NCBI GenBank assembly: GCA_018670095.1
Contig: JABHRR010000029.1
Span: 1 to 48,046 of the forward strand
Length of the DNA stretch: 48,046 nucleotides
From: Candidatus Woesearchaeota archaeon
Lineage (GTDB): Archaea > Nanobdellota > Nanobdellia > Woesearchaeales > GW2011-AR9
Direction: 5' to 3'
The notes under the pieces were generated by a model. That model made no database searches, was not told where the DNA came from, and worked only from the letters and a program-made list of their open reading frames with translations. Shown here in pieces: positions 26,821 through 36,689 of this stretch (position 1 is the stretch's first letter; each line of letters starts with the position of its first letter). The translations under genes and the position numbers were made by a program.

Positions 26821-27741
26821 ATGACTGACACACTTGATATCGGATTTTATTTAGCTCCTGGAGCGGAAACTAAAGACACTTATACTGACAAATTATTAGT
26901 TGATGAATCTAACAAAAGAGGACACAATTCTTTTGTTTTTAACAACTTCACTTTCTTTGACAATAAAGCTTATGGTTTAATGAATGATGGCGAATGTTTA
27001 CCATTAACTGATTTGAATGTATTATTTCTAAGAAAAGAAGATATGGATGAAGACGATTTTAAAGATATGAAAAGACTAAGAGAATATTCCGATTTACCAC
27101 CAATGTTAAATGCCCCAGGAATAATTCTGAAAGCTGATAAAAAATATATGGAACCTTTCTCAGAATTCACTCCTGAAACTTATTTTACTACTAGCGTTCA
27201 AGAAGGAATAGAAAAAACTAATTATTTTGGTAAAGCAATTCTAAAACCAATTCAAGGTCGTTCTGGTCAAGGGATAGAATTAGTTGATACTAAAAATCTT
27301 GGCCAAGAAGAATTAAAAGAATTAATTGAAGGAATGATTGCTCAATATCAAGAAATTGTTGTTCAAGATTACGTTCCCGGCGTTGTTCGTGGAGATAAAA
27401 GAGTTTTCGTACTTAACGGAGAACCTATTGGTGCTTTTGTAAGAATGCCACAAGAGGGTAGCCATAAATGTAATATTGGTGCCGGTGGTTCAGCACATCC
27501 TTCAGGGATTACTGATTTAGAAAGAAAAGTAGTTGCTGCAACATCTCCAATAGTAGTTGCTGATGGTGGGATTATTACTGGTTACGATTTCATGTATAAA
27601 GAAGAAACGGGAAATGAAGAAGTCTTAACAGAAATCAATTCCACAGCTGTTGGTGGAGTTTCTCAAATTAATGAATTCCAAGAAGCTGGAGAAATGCCAT
27701 TAGAAGAAATAATCATTGATTATGTTGAAGAATTAGTTTAA
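26821..27741 (+). CDS. ATP-grasp ligase, GshB/RimK-like
   Basis: ILKPIQGRSGQGI, VVQDYVPG..GDKRVFVLNGE, NIGAGG, GYDF, TEINST. Confidence 0.8.
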   Translation: MTDTLDIGFYLAPGAETKDTYTDKLLVDESNKRGHNSFVFNNFTFFDNKAYGLMNDGECLPLTDLNVLFLRKEDMDEDDFKDMKRLREYSDLPPMLNAPGIILKADKKYMEPFSEFTPETYFTTSVQEGIEKTNYFGKAILKPIQGRSGQGIELVDTKNLGQEELKELIEGMIAQYQEIVVQDYVPGVVRGDKRVFVLNGEPIGAFVRMPQEGSHKCNIGAGGSAHPSGITDLERKVVAATSPIVVADGGIITGYDFMYKEETGNEEVLTEINSTAVGGVSQINEFQEAGEMPLEEIIIDYVEELV

Positions 27742-27750
27742 GATAAATTT

Positions 27751-27930
27751 TTACCTATCTTCTCTTCTGTAAGGAGGATCTAAATGTACTGGAGGCAAAC
27801 CAGAAGAAACCCCGTTAATACGATGAGCATATTTCTGAAACTCAACTTTATAATCAATATTTGCAACTGCTTCATCTGCTTCTTTTCTTAATACATCCCC
27901 CCGTGGAGGCATTCTTTGTTCTATTCCCAT
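27751..27930 (-). CDS. Small hypothetical protein, 59 aa, not in ORF track
   Basis: MGIEQRMPPRGDVLRKEADEAVANIDYKVEFQKYAHRINGVSSGLPPVHLDPPYRREDR; TATAAA about 24 nt upstream; fills the intergenic gap. Confidence 0.6.
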   Translation of the reverse strand: MGIEQRMPPRGDVLRKEADEAVANIDYKVEFQKYAHRINGVSSGLPPVHLDPPYRREDR

Positions 27931-27985
27931 GTTTTAAAAAAAATGAAGATTCATTTATATTCTTTTCTAATATTAAGAGGTTATA

Positions 27986-28216
27986 TCAAATCATTCTTAA
28001 TACTTTATCTCTACTTTTACTTCCAGACTTAATCTCTACTTTCAGATTATATTCTTTCTTAAAGAATTTAATAACAGCTTGGTTAGCTTTCCCTTTCTCC
28101 GGAACTGCTTGTAAGTATAATTTCAAGCTTCCGTTTACTTCTTTCAATTCAGTTCTAGAAGCGTTTGGAATCACTTTGATTCTGAGAAGACTGTTCTTAA
28201 TGTGTTTGTTGATCAT
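27986..28216 (-). CDS. DUF167/YggU family protein
   Basis: IKVIPNA, AVPEKGKANQAVI, SGSKSRDK. Confidence 0.88.
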   Translation of the reverse strand: MINKHIKNSLLRIKVIPNASRTELKEVNGSLKLYLQAVPEKGKANQAVIKFFKKEYNLKVEIKSGSKSRDKVLRMI

Positions 28217-28247
28217 ATAATTAAAATTATTTTATTGTTTATTAACG

Positions 28248-28574
28248 TTACTCAATAATCTCTGCTTCCCGAAGTAAATAAAGATTAGCTTTCTCATCTA
28301 ATCCCAACTCATATTTCTGATTCTTAAACATTGAGACTAAACTATCGTACTCATCTAACTTTCCCTGATAAAGTACTCGATCTCCTAACAATACTGCAGA
28401 AATATCTTCATCATGTTCAAACATATGATTCCAAACTTGAATTACTTTCAAATTTAAAGAATCGTCAACATATAACCCAGAAACATTTAACTTGAATGAT
28501 TGAGCAGTTCCTGGTTTCTCTTTAAGAAACTGGCTGCCAAAGTTTTCTTTGTAAAACTGATAATCAAGGGCCAT
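28248..28574 (-). CDS. Hypothetical protein
   Basis: ORF; start at MALDYQ (28574) preferred, with a TATA-like element upstream. Confidence 0.55.
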   Translation of the reverse strand: MALDYQFYKENFGSQFLKEKPGTAQSFKLNVSGLYVDDSLNLKVIQVWNHMFEHDEDISAVLLGDRVLYQGKLDEYDSLVSMFKNQKYELGLDEKANLYLLREAEIIE

Positions 28575-28643
28575 AATTAGTGTGAAACATATATAGAATA
28601 TAAATATTTCTGGGATGGAAAGGTTAATTAGCAAGTAAATTCA

Positions 28644-29909
28644 TTACAAACACATATTCACTTCATCCCAAACTTTATCAACTTCTCCATCAGAATTATA
28701 ATCACAGTATGTTTTAGAATAGATTAAATTCCCTTCTGAATCATATTTATGTTCAACTACTCTTTCAGGATTTCCGTCTCCATCATAATCACTCATTTGT
28801 TGTACAATATTACCATCTGAATCAAATGTATTTTCAGAGGTAAAATCTGCTTTTCCATCTTTGTCATGGTCACAAGTAAATGATTTCAATGTATCATCAT
28901 TGACGTAATCAAATACACACAAACCATTTTTGTCATCAGTTGTTGACTTTACAAGTTTTCCATCAGCACCATATTCATTAACAACAATATTTTCATATTT
29001 ACCATCTTCATCAAGATCAGTTTGATATATTTTTTTAACTAAATCACCATTGGTATTATATTCAAATTCATCTATGTATTCAGCAATCCCGTTTGCATTT
29101 CCATCATGAGTTTTTTTAATAATATTTCCTTGTTGACCAAAATATTTAGCCAGAATCATATCAATTTTGCCATCTTCATCAGAATCAATTTCAAGTATTT
29201 TTTTAACTAAGTTACCATCCTTGTTGTATTTAGATTCTTCTGTTTTTTCAGCAATACCATTTGCATTTTTATCAGAAGTACATTTGATAAGATTACCTTG
29301 AATATCATAATACCAACTAGTGATTTCATCAATTTTGCCATCTTCATCAGAATCAATTTCAAGTATTTTTTTAACTAAGTTACCGTCCTTATTGTATTTA
29401 GATTCTTCTATTTTCTCAGCAATACCATTTGCATTATTATCAGAAGTATATTTTATTAGTTTTCCCTGATCATTAATGTAAAAACCTTCAATAGTATCAA
29501 TTTTTCCATTGAGGCCATTATCAGTATATTCTTTATAATTCCCTTCAGAATCAAAAACATAAATTTTTCCTGCTAATTCACCATTTACTGGTTCAAATTC
29601 AGTATAAATCTGATCTCCTTCAAATTCAAATTCAGGATTCCCATCACCATTGTAGTCACAAGATATTCTTTTGGTATATCCATCATCTAGTTCAAGTTTA
29701 CATTCAATTGTTTGCCCATCCTTTTTTTCAACAGTAATCCATGCCTCATCGGGGTCGCCATCTAGATTATTATCACAACCATAAGAAGTAATTTCTATAT
29801 TTCCCATTGGCAAAGATTGTTCTTTACAATTTAATGGAGTTTGAATAGCCCCACATGAATTTAGTAACATCAGAGATGAAATTACTAAATATTTGATTTT
29901 TTTAATCAT
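28644..29909 (-). CDS. Putative lipoprotein with DxDxDG Ca-binding and YD-like repeats
   Basis: Lipobox-like LLNSC; many DxDxDGxxD/DxNxNG loops alternating with YxxxGNL(I/V)K strands. Confidence 0.72.
   Translation of the reverse strand: MIKKIKYLVISSLMLLNSCGAIQTPLNCKEQSLPMGNIEITSYGCDNNLDGDPDEAWITVEKKDGQTIECKLELDDGYTKRISCDYNGDGNPEFEFEGDQIYTEFEPVNGELAGKIYVFDSEGNYKEYTDNGLNGKIDTIEGFYINDQGKLIKYTSDNNANGIAEKIEESKYNKDGNLVKKILEIDSDEDGKIDEITSWYYDIQGNLIKCTSDKNANGIAEKTEESKYNKDGNLVKKILEIDSDEDGKIDMILAKYFGQQGNIIKKTHDGNANGIAEYIDEFEYNTNGDLVKKIYQTDLDEDGKYENIVVNEYGADGKLVKSTTDDKNGLCVFDYVNDDTLKSFTCDHDKDGKADFTSENTFDSDGNIVQQMSDYDGDGNPERVVEHKYDSEGNLIYSKTYCDYNSDGEVDKVWDEVNMCL
29002..29460 (-). repeat. Intragenic 168-bp (56-aa) repeat, about 3 copies
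   Basis: CCATCTTCATCA at 29002, 29170 and 29338. Confidence 0.85.
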
Positions 29910-30027
29910 AAAACAAAAAAGACTTAACCACTTATAAACCTTTCTATATTTTACTACTCCTTAATGACACTTAATAAATGGGTTTTTTCTTTCTATTAAA
30001 ATCACTTAATCACTTGTTTCAAAAAGC

Positions 30028-30598
30028 AGAGTAACCTTTAAAAACATTCTATCTAAATACACTATCTATGGAAGAAAAAGAATTATTACCTGAACAAATA
30101 ATCACCCTAAATGATTATCCAGTACATAATGAAAGAATCTTAGAATTATATTATAGAATTTATAAAAATGGATGTAGTAAGATTGTACCATTCTGTCCAT
30201 TGATTCATAAGAAGATTGTTTTAACTTTTTTAGATTCAGAATTATTAACTAAATTTAAAGAATTTGAAAGTAACCATCCAAAAGCAGAATACTTTATGTT
30301 AGACGGCAGTCATCGAACAACAGCAGCAACTCTTACTAAATCACCCATTAGAGGTATAATTATTGAAAACGATCAAGATTTAATAAAAGCAAAAAGTATG
30401 ATTGATCAAGGAGATGTTCTCTCAAATGATATTGTAGAAAAGAATATCAAAGAAAATTGTTTAATCTTAAATGACCATTTCAAAGAGAAACCTTTCTTTC
30501 AAACTGTTAAAGAAAAAACTGAACGAATGATTAAAGAGAAGATTATTGCTAAGTATTTGTTTGAGGGTTATTCTGAGAGTAACCTTTAAAAACATTCT
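30028..30598 (+). repeat. 23-bp perfect direct repeat flanking the ParB-like gene
   Basis: AGAGTAACCTTTAAAAACATTCT at 30028..30050 and 30576..30598. Confidence 0.9.
30068..30589 (+). CDS. ParB/Srx-like N-terminal domain protein
   Basis: YFMLDGSHRTTAA motif. Confidence 0.6.
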   Translation: MEEKELLPEQIITLNDYPVHNERILELYYRIYKNGCSKIVPFCPLIHKKIVLTFLDSELLTKFKEFESNHPKAEYFMLDGSHRTTAATLTKSPIRGIIIENDQDLIKAKSMIDQGDVLSNDIVEKNIKENCLILNDHFKEKPFFQTVKEKTERMIKEKIIAKYLFEGYSESNL

Positions 30599-30616
30599 CT
30601 CATTCTCATCCATATT

Positions 30617-33427
30617 ATGGAATGGAACAAAATCCAAGATAAATGGCAAAAGAAGTGGGCAAAAGCAGAACTAGGTAAAGCAGAGACTAATAAGAAGAAA
30701 GAAAAGTTCATGATGATCTTCGCTTACCCAGGCGTTTCAGGATACTTACACGTTGGTCACATGCGAGGTTTTTCCTATACAGATGCTATTTGCCGATATC
30801 AAAGATTGTTAGGTAAAGAAGTTTTATTTCCAGTAGGAACACACGCTTCCGGTAACCAAGCCCTAGGTTTCGCCAACAAAATAAAAAATAATGATGAAAC
30901 TTGGATCTCTTACCTAAAGAATAACGGCTGTCCAAAATCTAAAATTAAAGAACTTACCCCTCCAGAAGCAGTTGTAGAATATTTCAACCAAGTTTATATT
31001 AACGATTACTGGAAAAAGTTTGGTTTTCTTTGCGACTGGGATAGATTCACTTCTACAACAAATCCCGATTATGAAAAGTTTATCCAATGGCAATTTAAAA
31101 AATTGCAACAGAAAGATCTTCTAATTCAAAAACCGTACTTTGCAACTGCTTGTCCAAATTGCGGTCCAGTAGCTGTAGACCCAAGTGAAACAGACATTTC
31201 TAAAGGAGGAACTGCAGAAAAAAATGAATATGTTCTTTTAAAATTCAAATTCAATAACGATTTCTTAATCGCCGCTACTTTAAGACCAGAAACTGTTTTC
31301 GGGCAAACTAATTTGTGGATGAATCCAAAAGCAAAATATGTCCGTGTAGAAGTTGAGGGAGAAAACTGGATTATTAGTAGAGAAGCAGCTGATAAATTAA
31401 AATATCAAAAAGACGATGTTATTTTGAAAGAAGATGTTAACCCAAAAGAGTTCATTGGTAAAACCGCTTTAGCACCAGGAATTAATAAAGAAATTATTGT
31501 TCTTCCTGCAAAGTTCTGCGACCCAGACGTAGGTTCCGGAATTGTAACTTCTGTTCCAGGCGATGCCCCTTACGATTATGTTGCTCTAAAAGAATTGCAA
31601 GAAGATAAAGAAACGATTAAAAAATATAATCTTAACGAAAAAGAAATTCAAAACATTAAACTAATTCCAATTATTAAATCAAAAGGGTACAAAGATTTTC
31701 CTGCTGAAGAAATTGTAAAAAAACTTAACATCACTTCTCTAGATGATCCGAAGTTAGAAGAAGCTACTAAAGAAATCTATAAAGCTGGTTTTCATACTGG
31801 AACTATGACTGACATCTGCGGAAAATTCTCTGGAAAGAGAGTTGAAGAAGCAAAAGAGTTAATGAAAGCAGAAATGTTAGAAAAAAATCAAGCAGATTTA
31901 TTTTACGATTTATCTGAAGAAGTTATTTGCCGGTGCGGTGGAAAAGTTATCATTAAAAGAATTGATGACCAATGGTTTATCAGATATTCTGATCCAGAAT
32001 TAACTGAACGAAGTAAAGAACAAGTTAAAGAAATGAAAATTTATCCTCAAGAGTATCATCATAATTTACCTGCTATCCTGGACTGGTTCTCAGATCGAGC
32101 CTGTGCCAGATTAGGAAATTGGTTAGGAAGCAAATTACCTTTTGACGAACGTTGGATTGTTGAACCAATCAGTGACTCAACTTTGTACCCTGCTTATTAT
32201 ATCGTTTCCAAATGGATTGAAAATAAAACAATTAAAGTTAAAGACCTAACCGAAGAATTTTTTGATTATGTTTTCTTAAACATTGGCGAGGGTAAACCAA
32301 AATGGAAACCAATCAAAGAAGAGTTTGATTACTTTTACCCGTTAGACATTAATCTTGGCGGTAAAGAACATAAAACGGTTCATTTCCCAGTTTTCTTGAT
32401 GAACCACGTTGCTATTCTTCCAGAAGATAAATGGCCCAAGGGAATCTTTGTCAATTGGTGGGTTACTGGCAAGGGAAGTAAAATTTCTAAAAGTAAAGGT
32501 GGCGCAGTTCCAATTCCAGAAGCAGTTGAAAAGTATGGTGTCGATGCAATGCGTCTTTATTATGCCCATATCGGCTCTCCCCATTTAGATGTTATTTGGA
32601 CAGAAGATATTGTCATGAACTATAAAAACTCTTTAGAGAGAGTAATCCTTCTAATTTCAGAACTTAAAAAAGTTGACGGCAAGAAAAAATCTGTTGATGA
32701 CTGGTTAGTTTCTAGAATGAATGAACATCTTAAAAAAATTGCTCATGAAATGGAAGATTATAATCTTCGAGAACTTGCTTCAACAGTTTACTTTACTATT
32801 TACGATGATTTAAAATGGTACATTAGAAGAGGCGGAGAAAATAAAAAAGTTATCGAAGAAACCATTAATACTTGGTTAAAATTAATGAACCCAATTACTC
32901 CCCATATGAGCGAAGAATTAAATGATACAAAAGAATTAGTTTCTTCATCAGAATGGCCAGAAATAGATCAAAATAAAATCAGTCTGAAAGCTAATGCTGG
33001 CGAGCAATTAGTCAGAACAGCAATTGATGGAATGAGAAACGTTTTGAAATTAGCTAAATTAGAAAAAGCTAATAAATATACTTTATTCGTTGCTGAAGAA
33101 TGGCTCTATGAACTTTTTAATCTTGTCTCATCTGAAATTAAAATTACTAGAAACATCGGCGAAATTATGAAAAAAGTTTTGGAAATTGAAAGAATGAAGA
33201 TGAAAGGTAAAGAAATTAGTAAAATCGTGTTAGGTTTAGTTAAAGACGTTTCTAAGATTCCTGCTTTAGTAACTTCACAAATTGAAGAGTATGACATTAT
33301 TATTGAAGCAAAAGATTTTTTGGAAAAAGAATTTAATTGTAAAATTAATGTTGTTAAAGGAGAAGATTCAAAAGAGAATAAAGCGAAATCTGCAATGCCT
33401 GGAAAAGTTGGAATCTTGGTGGAATAA
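30617..33427 (+). CDS. leuS: Leucine--tRNA ligase, archaeal type
   Basis: HVGH and KISKS class I motifs; ATLRPET, GSGIVTSVP editing domain; archaeal C-terminus AMPGKVGILVE. Confidence 0.96.
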   Translation: MEWNKIQDKWQKKWAKAELGKAETNKKKEKFMMIFAYPGVSGYLHVGHMRGFSYTDAICRYQRLLGKEVLFPVGTHASGNQALGFANKIKNNDETWISYLKNNGCPKSKIKELTPPEAVVEYFNQVYINDYWKKFGFLCDWDRFTSTTNPDYEKFIQWQFKKLQQKDLLIQKPYFATACPNCGPVAVDPSETDISKGGTAEKNEYVLLKFKFNNDFLIAATLRPETVFGQTNLWMNPKAKYVRVEVEGENWIISREAADKLKYQKDDVILKEDVNPKEFIGKTALAPGINKEIIVLPAKFCDPDVGSGIVTSVPGDAPYDYVALKELQEDKETIKKYNLNEKEIQNIKLIPIIKSKGYKDFPAEEIVKKLNITSLDDPKLEEATKEIYKAGFHTGTMTDICGKFSGKRVEEAKELMKAEMLEKNQADLFYDLSEEVICRCGGKVIIKRIDDQWFIRYSDPELTERSKEQVKEMKIYPQEYHHNLPAILDWFSDRACARLGNWLGSKLPFDERWIVEPISDSTLYPAYYIVSKWIENKTIKVKDLTEEFFDYVFLNIGEGKPKWKPIKEEFDYFYPLDINLGGKEHKTVHFPVFLMNHVAILPEDKWPKGIFVNWWVTGKGSKISKSKGGAVPIPEAVEKYGVDAMRLYYAHIGSPHLDVIWTEDIVMNYKNSLERVILLISELKKVDGKKKSVDDWLVSRMNEHLKKIAHEMEDYNLRELASTVYFTIYDDLKWYIRRGGENKKVIEETINTWLKLMNPITPHMSEELNDTKELVSSSEWPEIDQNKISLKANAGEQLVRTAIDGMRNVLKLAKLEKANKYTLFVAEEWLYELFNLVSSEIKITRNIGEIMKKVLEIERMKMKGKEISKIVLGLVKDVSKIPALVTSQIEEYDIIIEAKDFLEKEFNCKINVVKGEDSKENKAKSAMPGKVGILVE

Positions 33428-33429
33428 AA

Positions 33430-33837
33430 ATGATAGATGAACTTAAATGGATGAAAGAAAGAGTAAAAAAAGCCCAACTATTATTAACATATCCGATTAA
33501 AGAAGAAGGAAAAAGAAAAAAAGAATGGAAACATGTTTTTGACCTAGTACAAAGAGAAGTTGTTTTAGGAACGGGGATTGAACCAACCGGCTTAGACTTT
33601 GCATTTAATTTTAATAAAAAAATCTTATTTTCTGATCTTCATTTTGTAGATGTTATAAAAGTTAACCATGCCATTCTTAAACGAAACGAAAAAGGATATT
33701 ATTCTATTACAGAATTAGAAGGAAAAGTAAAAGTTAATGGTAAAACAATATCACAAGAAACATCATTATTAAATAAAAGCAAGATTCAATTAGGAAAAGT
33801 CAAAGATTTAGAGATACAAATTCTTTACAGTAAATAA
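33430..33837 (+). CDS. FHA-like domain protein
   Basis: VVLG..., NHAIL, VKVNGK, LLNKSKIQLG pattern; canonical GR/SR residues are degenerate. Confidence 0.55.
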   Translation: MIDELKWMKERVKKAQLLLTYPIKEEGKRKKEWKHVFDLVQREVVLGTGIEPTGLDFAFNFNKKILFSDLHFVDVIKVNHAILKRNEKGYYSITELEGKVKVNGKTISQETSLLNKSKIQLGKVKDLEIQILYSK

Positions 33838-33861
33838 AATAAAAAGAAAAAAATTAAAAAC

Positions 33862-34290
33862 TTATTCTCCCCAAGCTAAGATTCCCCACATGATAAAGTA
33901 CCAAACCATTCCAACAATAGGAATAAATGTTAATAATACCCACCAACCAGGATGATCTCTTGCTTCACAAATTTTCCATTGCCAGATAATTGTAAATATT
34001 GAAAAAATAATTATTGCAATAAAATAAATCACTTGTCCAACAACAGGAATCCACATAATTAATATTGTTGTTAATAATAAAACCGGCCACCAATGCATTT
34101 TTGCCAATCTTGCCATCAATACCATATTACCTACAGGTATCCATGCTAACCACGGTTGCGGATCATTTAATCTTTTTGCTACCGCCATTAAAGCCAACGC
34201 AACATATACATAAAAAGCGATCCCAAATAATAATAATACTCCTATCATTGCGCCTAATATAGCTGTTAATCCCATCAAATCATTTGCCAT
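33862..34290 (-). CDS. Membrane protein (DUF5684-like)
   Basis: WLAWIPVGN..HWW..PGWW.LL..IP; multiple TM segments. Confidence 0.7.
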   Translation of the reverse strand: MANDLMGLTAILGAMIGVLLLFGIAFYVYVALALMAVAKRLNDPQPWLAWIPVGNMVLMARLAKMHWWPVLLLTTILIMWIPVVGQVIYFIAIIIFSIFTIIWQWKICEARDHPGWWVLLTFIPIVGMVWYFIMWGILAWGE

Positions 34291-34393
34291 TATATCATAT
34301 CACCTCAAATTTTATTAAGAATAAGTAAATAATTTAGCTATTTAAATGTTTGGAAATTATAAAAAATTGAAAAAAAGAAAAAAAAAGAATTAA

Positions 34394-34648
34394 TTATTGC
34401 GAATCTTGATAAACATGGACCATAGTTACGATTGCCCAAATCCACATTGCAAATGCTAATGGAAATCCAATCAATACAAACATTAAAGGAAAACTAATTA
34501 GAGTAAATACTAATTGAATTATTCCCGCAGTCCTATATTTTGGTCCTGCAATAATTGCCCATAATCCAGGTAATACGCCCAATATAGTTAAGATTAATCC
34601 TACAATTGCTAAAGTACTATCCGGTTTCACCGTCTTATTTTTTGCCAT
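34394..34648 (-). CDS. Small membrane protein
   Basis: Hydrophobic segments; GGAGG upstream. Confidence 0.7.
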   Translation of the reverse strand: MAKNKTVKPDSTLAIVGLILTILGVLPGLWAIIAGPKYRTAGIIQLVFTLISFPLMFVLIGFPLAFAMWIWAIVTMVHVYQDSQ

Positions 34649-34765
34649 CTTATTTTACCTCCTTTTAGTTGTTTTAATTATTGTGAATATAATCATATTA
34701 TCAGCATATTTAAAGTTTTGTTTTTCGTTAAGTTTATTAATACCAAAAAAATAACTACAATTACA

Positions 34766-35281
34766 ATGAAAAAGAAAGAAATTATTATTGCGATTACAAT
34801 TGCCATCATTTTTGCTTTATTTGTAGGGTATGGCATTGAAGTATTTGATCCTAGTCCAGACCATGATGACTTTTGTCCAGAAAAACTTTATGATATAGAT
34901 AATGAAGAAAAATGTTTAACAGCAAGTGGAACTTGGGGTACTAATTCTAATAAACCAAGAGTTCCAGTAAAAGAATATGAGGCAATAGAAGAAGAGTTCT
35001 GTTCACCAGCAAAAGAATGTTATGATGAATTTGATACAGCTAGAACTAAACATGATAAAATCGTTTTTATTGTTAGTATCATTGTCGGTTTAATGGCAAT
35101 CTTTACCGGTGTACTTCTAAAGAAAGATGCAGCAAGTACAGGAATCTTAAGTGGTGGAGTTTTGTTGATTATCTACGGAACAATTAGATACTGGCAACAT
35201 GCTAATGATACTTTAAAGTTTATCTTGTTAGGAATTGTTTTGGCAGTATTAATTTGGATTGCTTACAAGAAACTGAAGTAA
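34766..35281 (+). CDS. Membrane protein with Cys-containing extracellular loop
   Basis: 4 TM segments; start at MKKKEII preferred. Confidence 0.7.
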   Translation: MKKKEIIIAITIAIIFALFVGYGIEVFDPSPDHDDFCPEKLYDIDNEEKCLTASGTWGTNSNKPRVPVKEYEAIEEEFCSPAKECYDEFDTARTKHDKIVFIVSIIVGLMAIFTGVLLKKDAASTGILSGGVLLIIYGTIRYWQHANDTLKFILLGIVLAVLIWIAYKKLK

Positions 35282-35284
35282 ACA

Positions 35285-35737
35285 ATGAAACAAATACCGC
35301 TAAAAGTAAAAGAGTTAAACAAAGAGATTGAGCTTTATGGAATTAGTTATCATAAGAAAGATCATGCAGTTATCGTTGAAGATGAAAAGTATAAACTGAT
35401 TCTGGTGAATAAAAAGCCAGAATTCTTTTATTATGAGAATAAAATAGTTCCTACATTAAAACTCTTACAAGAAAAAGATGTTCTTAAAAAAATTACTGTG
35501 GATATGGGTGCAATCAAATTCGTTGTTAACGGCGCAGACATTATGCGACCAGGCATTGTTGAAATTGAAGATAATATTAACCAAAACGATTTCATTATGA
35601 TAATTGATGTCAATAATAAGAAACCATTAGCTGTGGGAATCGCTTTACTAAATTCAGAAGAGATGCGTTCTGCTACTGGTGGGAAAGTTATTAAGAATAT
35701 CCATTTCGTTGGTGATGAACTCTGGAGATGGGAATGA
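35285..35737 (+). CDS. PUA-domain RNA-binding protein (MCT-1/Tma20-like)
   Basis: VDMGAIKFVVNGADIMRPGI, HFVGDELW. Confidence 0.9.
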   Translation: MKQIPLKVKELNKEIELYGISYHKKDHAVIVEDEKYKLILVNKKPEFFYYENKIVPTLKLLQEKDVLKKITVDMGAIKFVVNGADIMRPGIVEIEDNINQNDFIMIIDVNNKKPLAVGIALLNSEEMRSATGGKVIKNIHFVGDELWRWE

Positions 35738-36066
35738 TAACTAATAAAACCACCAACAAAATAATCAGCAATAAAGAATCTGTTTGTAACAACGTTTTCT
35801 CACAAACATTAGGGTTAATGTTTTCCAAAAGAAAAAATTTGATCATGGTTTTCAATAAAGAAAGAAATATTTCTTTGCACAACTTCTTTGTCTTTTATCC
35901 AATCAATGTTTTAGTACTAAATGAAAATAAAAAAGTAATTGAAATCAAAAATAACTTCCGACCATTTACATTCTGGAATTCTAAAAACAAAGGAAAGTAT
36001 CTAATTGAATTAGGTAAAGACGAATCAAAGAATAAAGTTAAAGTAAATGATTTGTTAGAATTTTAA
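35728..36066 (+). CDS. DUF192 family protein
   Basis: GLMF, LHNFFVFYPINV, KYLIEL. Confidence 0.82.
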   Translation: MGMITNKTTNKIISNKESVCNNVFSQTLGLMFSKRKNLIMVFNKERNISLHNFFVFYPINVLVLNENKKVIEIKNNFRPFTFWNSKNKGKYLIELGKDESKNKVKVNDLLEF

Positions 36067-36067
36067 A

Positions 36068-36637
36068 TTAATTATAATTAGCACTAGCATTCTCAGAACG
36101 CCCTTCTGCAACTTTTGCTAAAGATTCATATTTCTCTTTAATTTCTCCTTCAGCACCTGCAGCCATTTCTTGAAAATATTCTTTGATAACATTTTCCGTT
36201 TCTGCTTCAGATTTGTAACCGGCAGCGTGAGCAAATTCGTGTGCTAAAACATATTCGGTAGTAGCTTCATCACTCAACCCATACATCTCCGCCATTTCAG
36301 AAATTCTTTCAGTAAAAGGTTTTCCATTATAGTTGCTGAGGATAACTCCTTCAATTCCATCATGTAAAACCGCTGCCACCACATTTTCCCCTAAATCCCC
36401 TGAACCATATTCTCTAATATTAATTTTATCTTTACCTTTAGCATCAAGATAATCCATTAATGATGTGCCTTCTTCAGAAGAAAGATAATTACTAACTAAC
36501 TCTTCCATCTTTTTAGCTTCATCAATATGCTCATAAGGTTGGTCGCTAGAATGAAGATTGATTTTTTTATTATCATCAACTGTTGCCATACCCATTGCGT
36601 ACATTTCTAATTGAGACCTTTCTGCATACATAAACAA
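36068..36637 (-). CDS. Hypothetical protein with HEXXH motif
   Basis: VLAHEFAHAAG..SEAE. Confidence 0.6.
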   Translation of the reverse strand: MFMYAERSQLEMYAMGMATVDDNKKINLHSSDQPYEHIDEAKKMEELVSNYLSSEEGTSLMDYLDAKGKDKINIREYGSGDLGENVVAAVLHDGIEGVILSNYNGKPFTERISEMAEMYGLSDEATTEYVLAHEFAHAAGYKSEAETENVIKEYFQEMAAGAEGEIKEKYESLAKVAEGRSENASANYN

Positions 36638-36689
36638 TAAGAAGTAAAACTAGTTTAAAATATTTCCCTAAGAAAGTGGGACATAAATG

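Noticed and set aside
27861-28220. 119-aa plus-strand ORF
   Set aside because: Antisense to DUF167 and the 59-aa ORF; TTG start; no recognisable features.
28644-29909. RHS/YD polymorphic toxin
   Set aside because: Too short; no RHS core end motif, toxin tip or evident immunity gene.
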